From Bacilli bacterium (GTDB lineage: Bacteria > Bacillota_I > Bacilli_A > RF39 > UBA660), in the NCBI GenBank assembly GCA_017432825.1, contig JAFRIJ010000011.1, forward strand, positions 172,279 through 236,278: a stretch of 64,000 nucleotides of DNA. The letters are read 5' to 3'. A program made the translations under genes and the position numbers. Shown one piece after another: positions 57,479 to 64,000 of the stretch. Below the pieces are notes generated by a model, which was given only the letters and a program-made list of their open reading frames with translations, was not told the origin of the DNA and did no database searches. Position 1 is the stretch's first letter; every line of letters begins with the position of its first letter.

Positions 57479-58771
57479 ATGTTAGATATTAAGTTTGTAA
57501 GAGAAAATCCTAATATAGTTAAAGAAAATATTAAGAAAAAATTTCAAGATAAAAAAATACCTTTGGTAGATGAAGTAATTTCTTTAGATAAGGAAATTAG
57601 AGATTTAAAATTAAAAGGTGATCTTTTAAGACAAGAAAGAAATGAAACTAGTTCTTTAATTGGTAGTTTGATGCGTGATGGTAAAAAAGATGAAGCTATG
57701 AGTAAAAAAGAACGTGTTGTTGATATTAATAAAGAATTAGTTGATATTGAAAAAAGTGAAGAAGAAAAAAGTGTTTCTTTAAAAGAAAAGATGATGCTAA
57801 TACCTAATATTATTGCTGATGATGTTCCTATTGGAGAGGATGATTCTAAGAATGTAGAAGAATCTTCTTTTGGAGAAACAATTGTTCCTAAATATGAAAT
57901 ACCATATCATTCTGATATTATGGCTAGTTTTAATGGGTTGGATAAAGAAGCTGCTGGACGTGTTAGCGGTAATGGATTCTATTATTTAATGGGGGATATT
58001 GCTAGACTTCATTCAGCTGTTTTAGCATATGCTAGAGATTTTATGATTGATAAGGGATTTACTTATTGTATTCCTCCTTATATGATTCATGGTGATGCTG
58101 TGAATGGGGTAATGTCTTTTGAAGAAAAAGAGAATATGATGTATAAAATTGAAGGAGAAGATTTGTATTTAATTGGTACAAGTGAGCATTCTATGATTGC
58201 TAGATACAAAGATCAAATTTTAAATGAATCTGATTTGCCTATTACTATGACTTCTTATTCTCCTTGTTTTAGAAAAGAAGTAGGTGCTCATGGTATTGAA
58301 GAAAGAGGGATATATAGAATTCATCAATTTGAAAAACAAGAGATGGTTGTGATATGTAAGCCAGAAGATAGTGACGCTTGGTATGATAAGATGTGGAATT
58401 ATTCTGTTGAATTATTTAGAAGTCTGGATATTCCTGTTAGAAAATTAGTTTGTTGTTCTGGAGATTTAGCTGATTTAAAATATCGTTCATGTGATATTGA
58501 GGCTTGGAGTCCAAGACAAAAGAAATATTTTGAGGTTTGTTCTTGTTCTAATTTAACCGATGCTCAAGCTAGAAGGCTTGCTATTAGATATAGAAAAGAA
58601 GATGGAGAAAAGGAATTTACTCATACTTTAAATAATACCGTAGTTGCACCACCTAGGATGTTAATTGCGTTTTTAGAGAATAATTATCAAGAGGACGGAA
58701 GTGTTTTAATACCTAAAGTATTACAACCTTATATGGGTGGAAAGGATAGATTAGTTCCTAATAATAAATAA
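57479..58771 (+). CDS. serS: Serine--tRNA ligase
   Basis: N-terminal coiled-coil arm (MLDIKFVREN...) plus class II core motifs; 430 aa. RBS GAAGAAGGGA. Confidence 0.95.
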   Translation: MLDIKFVRENPNIVKENIKKKFQDKKIPLVDEVISLDKEIRDLKLKGDLLRQERNETSSLIGSLMRDGKKDEAMSKKERVVDINKELVDIEKSEEEKSVSLKEKMMLIPNIIADDVPIGEDDSKNVEESSFGETIVPKYEIPYHSDIMASFNGLDKEAAGRVSGNGFYYLMGDIARLHSAVLAYARDFMIDKGFTYCIPPYMIHGDAVNGVMSFEEKENMMYKIEGEDLYLIGTSEHSMIARYKDQILNESDLPITMTSYSPCFRKEVGAHGIEERGIYRIHQFEKQEMVVICKPEDSDAWYDKMWNYSVELFRSLDIPVRKLVCCSGDLADLKYRSCDIEAWSPRQKKYFEVCSCSNLTDAQARRLAIRYRKEDGEKEFTHTLNNTVVAPPRMLIAFLENNYQEDGSVLIPKVLQPYMGGKDRLVPNNK

Positions 58772-58773
58772 TT

Positions 58774-58803
58774 GATTTAAGAAGTATCTTAAATCTCTTT
58801 TTG
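58774..58803 (+). terminator. Terminator after serS (GATTTAAGA/TCTTAAATC plus T-run)
   Basis: 9-bp perfect stem, 4-nt loop, TCTTTTTG. Confidence 0.45.
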
Positions 58804-58818
58804 TATGAAGGTGATATA

Positions 58819-59565
58819 ATGGAAACAAATATAGGAATATTTGATTCGGGTATTGGTGGTGTTACAGTATTAAAAGAATGTTTAAATAATAATAAAAATT
58901 TTAATTACTATTATTATAGTGATTCTATACATAATCCTTATGGTGAAAAAAGTGAAGAAGAAGTTATTAATTATTGTGATGAAATAGTTAAATATTTTGT
59001 TGATAGAGATTGCCATATAATTATTATTGCGTGTAATACTGCTAGTGCTATGGCATCTTTATACTTAAGAAATAAGTATAAAAATTTACATATTATTGCT
59101 ATAGAGCCTGCTATTAAATTAGCGTATGATAATAGTATTCTAAGTACTTTAGTTATGGCTACTAAAGGTACTTTTGATAGTGAAAAATTTAAAGAATTAT
59201 TTGATAAATATCATCATAAGAATTTTTATCTATATTCTTGTGTAGGCTTAGCTAATTTAATAGAAAATAATGATATTAATAAAATAAGTAAATACTTAGA
59301 GGATAATATTATTAAATATAATGGAATAGTTTCTAATGTTGTTTTAGGTTGTACACATTATCCTTTAATAAAAAAATATATTAGAAATGTATTAGGTGAT
59401 GTTAAGTTTTATGATGGTAGTATTGGTGTATCTAATAGATTAAGTAGTATTATTAAAGAGAATAATTATATTGGATATGGTAGTAATATTTATTTTTATG
59501 ATTCTTCTTTAAATAAAAATAAAGAAGAAAGATTTTATAAGATATTGGAGGATGATTATGAGTAA
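58819..59565 (+). CDS. murI: Glutamate racemase
   Basis: Motifs IGIFDSGIGGVTV, IIACNTAS and GCTHYP. RBS AAGGTGA sits 5 nt upstream. Confidence 0.9.
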   Translation: METNIGIFDSGIGGVTVLKECLNNNKNFNYYYYSDSIHNPYGEKSEEEVINYCDEIVKYFVDRDCHIIIIACNTASAMASLYLRNKYKNLHIIAIEPAIKLAYDNSILSTLVMATKGTFDSEKFKELFDKYHHKNFYLYSCVGLANLIENNDINKISKYLEDNIIKYNGIVSNVVLGCTHYPLIKKYIRNVLGDVKFYDGSIGVSNRLSSIIKENNYIGYGSNIYFYDSSLNKNKEERFYKILEDDYE

Positions 59566-60235
59566 TATTATAAAAACAAAAGAAAGGGGTAATTTAATCG
59601 TTATAAGTGGACCTTCTGGAGCAGGAAAAGATTCAATAGTAGAGAAATTGAAAGAATATAATAATAATTTTTGGGTATCTATTTCTATGACTAGTAGAGA
59701 GCCTAGAAGTAATGATATTCCTAATGAAACTTATTATTTTGTTAGTAGAGAAGAATTTGAGAGGAGAATAAATGATGGAATTTTTCTTGAATATGCTATA
59801 TATAATGATAATTATTATGGTACTCCTAGAGATATTATTAGTGAAAAATTAGATAAAGGGCTTGATGTTATATTAGTAATTGAGATACAAGGAGCTTTAA
59901 AAGTAAAAGAACTAATACCAGAAGCTATTTTTATATTTATAATGCCTCCAAGTATGAATGAATTAAGAAGAAGATTAATTAATAGAGGAACTGATAGTAA
60001 AGATAAGATATTTAATAGATTTAAGACTGCTTATAAAGAAATAAATGAGGTAACTAAGTATAATTATGTTGTTGTAAATGATGAGATAGACGTTGCTACT
60101 AAGAAGGTTAATGCTATATTACTTAGTGAAAGATGTAGAGTAGATAGAATAGAAGATATATATCTTAATAACATGGAAGAGGAATTACATGAATTATTAA
60201 TTGATAAAGATTTAGATAATGATATAAAGATATAG
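59558..60235 (+). CDS. gmk: Guanylate kinase
   Basis: P-loop GPSGAGK; sequence MSNIIKTKERGNLIVISGPSGAGKDS; overlaps the murI end. Confidence 0.95.
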   Translation: MSNIIKTKERGNLIVISGPSGAGKDSIVEKLKEYNNNFWVSISMTSREPRSNDIPNETYYFVSREEFERRINDGIFLEYAIYNDNYYGTPRDIISEKLDKGLDVILVIEIQGALKVKELIPEAIFIFIMPPSMNELRRRLINRGTDSKDKIFNRFKTAYKEINEVTKYNYVVVNDEIDVATKKVNAILLSERCRVDRIEDIYLNNMEEELHELLIDKDLDNDIKI

Positions 60236-60246
60236 TAAATTAATTT

Positions 60247-60277
60247 AAGACTTTTATTGTAAAAAGTCTTTTTTTAA
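60247..60277 (+). terminator. Terminator after gmk (AAGACTTTT/AAAAGTCTT plus T7)
   Basis: 9-bp perfect stem, 5-nt loop, T-run. Confidence 0.55.
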
Positions 60278-60311
60278 TATATAATTATTGTTGTGAGAAA
60301 GAGGGATTGTT

Positions 60312-63300
60312 ATGATAAAATATAAAACTATGGATGCTAATGAAGCTGTTAGTGATGTGGCTTATAAATTCAGTGAAGTATGTGGTATTTATCCTATTAC
60401 GCCAGCTTCTCCTATGGCAGAAAATGTTGATAGACTTAGTGCTTTAGGAGAATTAAATTATTTTGGTAATAGGGTTAATGTTGTTGAGATGCAGTCTGAA
60501 GCTGGTGCTATTGCTTTGGTACATGGTGCTTTACAGAATGGAGTTTTATCTACTACTTTTACTGCTAGTCAAGGATTATTATTAATGATTCCCAATTTAT
60601 ATAAATTAGCTGGTGAAATGTTACCTGGTGTTATACATGTTGCTGCTCGTAGTTTATCTACTCACTCTTTAAGTATTTTTGGAGATCATCAAGATGTTTA
60701 TGCTGCTCGCAGTACTGGTGTTTGTATGTTATGTTCTAGTAGTGTACAAGAAGCTCATTATATGGCAGCTATAGCGCATTTATCTGCTATTAAATCTAGT
60801 CTTCCTTTTATTAATTTCTTTGATGGATTCAGAACTAGTCATGAAATTGATAAAATTAGATTGATGGATTTAGATAAGGTTGAGAAATTAATTGATAAAA
60901 ATGCGTTATCTAGTTTTAGAAAACGTGCTATGAATAATTCTAATCCTACTACTAGAGGAACCGCTGAAAATGAAGATATATATTTTCAACATATGGAAGT
61001 AAGAAACAGTGACTATAATAATTGTGTAAATTATGTTTCAAAATATATGGATAAAATAAATAAAATGTATGATACTGATATTAAACCATTTAATTATTAT
61101 GGAGATAAAAATGCAAAAAATATTATAGTTGCTATGGGTAGTGTATGTGATACTATTAGAGAAACTATTGATTATTTAAATGGTAATGGTAAAAAGTATG
61201 GAATGGTTGTAGTGCATTTATTTAGGCCTTTTAGTTGTGAGTATTTATTATCTGTTGTTCCAAAAAGTGTATCTTCTATTGCTGTATTAGATAGAAGTAA
61301 AGAGGTTACTGATTGTGGTGAAGCATTATATTTAGATGTTGTAAATGCTTTTAAAGGAACTAATGTTAATGTTTATGGTGGTAGATATGGACTTTCTTCT
61401 AAAAATACTGATTCTATAGATATTAAGTCTTTATTTGATTTTATTATGAGTAAAGATGTACATAATAACTTTACACTTGGTATTGATGATGATGTTACTA
61501 ATTTAAGTATTAATAGAGATGAATCTTTTTCTATTCCTCATAAGATGCAGGAACTTCTAATATATGGTTATGGATCTGATGGAATGATTTCTACTTCTAA
61601 AGATTTAATTAAAATTATTGGTGATAATACTAAGAAATATGTTCAAGGATATTTTCAATATGATAGTAAAAAGAGTAGTGGTGTTACTAGAAGTCATATT
61701 AGGATTAATGATGATATTATTAGAAGACCATATTATATTAAAAATCCTTATTTTGTTGTAATTAGTAAAGATAATTATATTTATAAATATGATATAGTTG
61801 ATAATATGCAAGATGGTGGTATTCTTCTTCTTAATACTAATTTAGATAATGATAAATTAGTATTGAGTTTGCCTAATAAAGTTAAATATATGCTTGCTAA
61901 GAAGAATATTAAATTGTATGTTATTGATGCTTATAAAATAGCACTTTCTAATGGACTTGGTAATAAGATAAGTACTTGTATGGAAAAATGTATTTTTCAT
62001 TTATTAAATGTTATTAATGATAAGAAAGTTATTTCTATTATGAAGAAGACAAATGAGATGAGATTTTCTAAGAAAGGTAAGAATGTTGTAGATGCTAATA
62101 ATAATGTTGTTGATAAGTCTTTATCTTGTCTTAGAAAGATAAAAATATCTAAAGATTGGATTAATTTAGTTTATTATGACGATAATGTTTCTAATTTTTC
62201 AGATATGATTAATGATTTAAAAGGTGATGATTTACCTGTTAGTGCCTTTTTAGATAAGAAAAGTGGTATATTTAGTGGTGGTAATACAAAATATGAGAAA
62301 AGGGAGATTGCTTCACAAGTTCCTTGTTGGATTTCAGAGAATTGTATAGAGTGTAATCAATGTAGTTTTGTTTGTCCACATGGTGTTATTAGACCATTTT
62401 TAACTAGTAGTAAGGATAATAATGTAAAGTCTATTCCTTCTATTATGCCAAAGGATGTTAATTATTCTATTGGAATATCTTATAAGGATTGTACAGGATG
62501 TGGTTTATGTTTTAGTACTTGTCCTGGTAAAGGCGGTAAGAAAGCTATTGAGATGGTTTCTTACGATAAGAGTAAATATTCCCAAGAAGAATTTGATTAT
62601 TTGTTAGAACATAATATAAATGGTAGCTATAAACCCAAAATAATGAATGTTAAAAATGAAGGATTTATAATGCCTAAATTTGAATTTAGTGGTAGTTGTG
62701 CTGGATGTGGGGAAGCATATTATTTAAAAAATTTAACTCAAGTATTTAATGATAATTTGTTTATTGCTAATGCTACGGGATGTTCTTCAATATATGGTGG
62801 TAGTGTTCCTAGTTTGCCTTATAGTGTTCCTTGGGCTAGTAGTTTATTTGAAGATAATTCTGAATTTGGTTTGGGTATTTTAATGGGTATTAATATAAAA
62901 CGTAATACTATAGAAAAATATATGAGGGATAATTTATCTAAAGATAAAAAAATATTTAAAGAGTGGATTGATAATAAAGATAATTATGATATATGTTTAG
63001 AAATAAGTAAAAAAATTGATTATGATAAGCATAAATTTTTAAAGGAATATAAAGATTATATTACTCCAAAGTCTGTATGGATTGTAGGTGGTGATGGATT
63101 TGCTTATGATATTGGTTATGGCGGATTAGATCATGTTATTTCTAGAAATGACAATATAAACATTTTAGTTTTAGATACGGAAGTTTATTCTAATACAGGA
63201 GGTCAAGCTTCTAAATCATCAAATATAGGTTCAGTTTCTTCTTTTGCGATATTAGGCAAACAAAATTACAAGAAAGATTTAGCTAGAATTGCTATGTGTT

Positions 63301-63707
63301 ATCCAAATGTATACGTTGCATGTTGTAATATTGGTTATAATAAGGAACAATATTTAAAGGCTTTGAAGGAAGCAAATGAACATAATGGGCCTTCTTTAAT
63401 TCTTGTATATTCTCCTTGTATTGAACATGGTATTAAGAGTGGTATGGGAGAGTCTCTTATAGAGAGTAATTTAGCAACAAAGTGTGGATATTATCCTATA
63501 TTTAGATATAATCCTTTAAATAATAAGTTTACTCTTGACAGTAAGAATGTTGATTTTTCTCTATATGATGAATTTTTAAGTCATGAAAATAGATATACTA
63601 ATTTAAAAAAGAACAATCCTAAAGATGCTAGTTTGCTATTAAATGAGCAAAAAGAATGGGCTATGAAAAGATTTGAATATTATAATAAATTAGACTCCAA
63701 TAAGTAA
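60312..63707 (+). CDS. nifJ: Pyruvate:ferredoxin (flavodoxin) oxidoreductase, single-chain (1131 aa)
   Basis: Two 4Fe-4S ferredoxin motifs (CIECNQCSFVCP, CTGCGLCFSTCP); TPP-binding GGDGFAYDIGYGG; conserved N-terminal PFOR domains. Confidence 0.95.
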   Translation: MIKYKTMDANEAVSDVAYKFSEVCGIYPITPASPMAENVDRLSALGELNYFGNRVNVVEMQSEAGAIALVHGALQNGVLSTTFTASQGLLLMIPNLYKLAGEMLPGVIHVAARSLSTHSLSIFGDHQDVYAARSTGVCMLCSSSVQEAHYMAAIAHLSAIKSSLPFINFFDGFRTSHEIDKIRLMDLDKVEKLIDKNALSSFRKRAMNNSNPTTRGTAENEDIYFQHMEVRNSDYNNCVNYVSKYMDKINKMYDTDIKPFNYYGDKNAKNIIVAMGSVCDTIRETIDYLNGNGKKYGMVVVHLFRPFSCEYLLSVVPKSVSSIAVLDRSKEVTDCGEALYLDVVNAFKGTNVNVYGGRYGLSSKNTDSIDIKSLFDFIMSKDVHNNFTLGIDDDVTNLSINRDESFSIPHKMQELLIYGYGSDGMISTSKDLIKIIGDNTKKYVQGYFQYDSKKSSGVTRSHIRINDDIIRRPYYIKNPYFVVISKDNYIYKYDIVDNMQDGGILLLNTNLDNDKLVLSLPNKVKYMLAKKNIKLYVIDAYKIALSNGLGNKISTCMEKCIFHLLNVINDKKVISIMKKTNEMRFSKKGKNVVDANNNVVDKSLSCLRKIKISKDWINLVYYDDNVSNFSDMINDLKGDDLPVSAFLDKKSGIFSGGNTKYEKREIASQVPCWISENCIECNQCSFVCPHGVIRPFLTSSKDNNVKSIPSIMPKDVNYSIGISYKDCTGCGLCFSTCPGKGGKKAIEMVSYDKSKYSQEEFDYLLEHNINGSYKPKIMNVKNEGFIMPKFEFSGSCAGCGEAYYLKNLTQVFNDNLFIANATGCSSIYGGSVPSLPYSVPWASSLFEDNSEFGLGILMGINIKRNTIEKYMRDNLSKDKKIFKEWIDNKDNYDICLEISKKIDYDKHKFLKEYKDYITPKSVWIVGGDGFAYDIGYGGLDHVISRNDNINILVLDTEVYSNTGGQASKSSNIGSVSSFAILGKQNYKKDLARIAMCYPNVYVACCNIGYNKEQYLKALKEANEHNGPSLILVYSPCIEHGIKSGMGESLIESNLATKCGYYPIFRYNPLNNKFTLDSKNVDFSLYDEFLSHENRYTNLKKNNPKDASLLLNEQKEWAMKRFEYYNKLDSNK

Positions 63708-63721
63708 TGGAGTCTTTTTTT
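63693..63721 (+). terminator. Terminator after nifJ (GACTCCA/TGGAGTC plus T7); the stop codon lies in the loop
   Basis: 7-bp GC-rich stem followed by TTTTTTT. Confidence 0.55.
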
Positions 63722-63798
63722 GTAAAGTAATAATATTTATTTTTTATATTTTTGTTTTTTATGTTATAATGGTTTTATAGAATATTTGGAGTGATATT

Positions 63799-64000
63799 AT
63801 GAATGAAAAAAAGAATAAAAAGTTTAATATAAATAAAAATGTTGTTAATAAAACGGATTCTGAGCTAGAAAGAGAAGCTATTCAGGAAGAAAATATATCT
63901 ATTTTTATGATTTTTCTTATAATTGGGATATGTTCTTTAGTGGGAATTAGTTTAGGGTACTTTTTATTTAAAATTGCTATTAATAGTAGTAATGCTATGA
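63799..64000 (+). CDS. 5' end of a hypothetical membrane protein (truncated by the window edge)
   Basis: Sequence MNEKKNKKFNINKN... followed by a TM segment (IFMIFLIIGICSLVGISLGYFLF). Confidence 0.4.
   Translation, partial: MNEKKNKKFNINKNVVNKTDSELEREAIQEENISIFMIFLIIGICSLVGISLGYFLFKIAINSSNAM

Noticed and set aside
1-64000. Mobile elements, prophage or integrative element that might explain the rearrangements
   Set aside because: No transposase, integrase, recombinase, tRNA attachment site or terminal inverted repeats were recognised anywhere in the window.

Overview
This window covers the chromosomal replication origin of a very AT-rich, endospore-forming, low-GC Firmicute. Bacillus/Clostridium-style origin synteny is largely conserved. 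The origin core is rnpA-rpmH (minus strand), then dnaA-dnaN-recF-gyrB-gyrA (plus strand). DnaA-box clusters sit upstream of dnaA and between dnaA and dnaN; the dominant box variant is TTTTCCACA. Gene orientation switches at about 19.7-19.9 kb, as expected for oriC. Left of the origin on the minus strand are rsmG, mnmG, mnmE, jag and yidC. Right of the origin on the plus strand is a long co-oriented block. It runs ffs (SRP RNA), dnaX, ybaB, recR, holB, ricT, rsmI, pth, mfd, spoVT, dut, metG, tatD, rsmA, yabG, veg, spoVG, yabP, yabQ and divIC. It continues with soj, spo0J, csp, serS, murI, gmk and nifJ. Sporulation genes spoIVA, spoVT, spoVG, yabG, yabP, yabQ and a SpoVIF-like gene confirm a spore former. 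No rRNA, tRNA, CRISPR, transposase or integrase genes were recognised. Unusual, non-canonical content includes the following. (1) A HerA/FtsK-superfamily (DUF87-like) ATPase gene lies between rpmH and the oriC DnaA boxes. (2) A ComK-family gene lies between dnaN and recF. (3) A roughly 600 bp tandem-repeat array between gyrA and ffs carries six copies of a long palindrome built around CACGTG, each X-type copy directly abutting a TATAAT hexamer. (4) A divergent ParB/Noc-like protein with a degenerate CTP motif and a Pro/Asn-rich repetitive tail sits beside rsmG, but the canonical soj-spo0J pair is 35 kb away on the opposite replichore and strand. (5) The ftsH-tilS block is locally inverted, putting it head-on to replication. 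(6) An S24-family repressor sits next to two paralogous membrane proteins. (7) A lineage-specific membrane-anchored gene is inserted between jag and mnmE. (8) A LemA/DUF2207 pair is present. All calls are from reading the sequence and ORF translations; no database searches were run.
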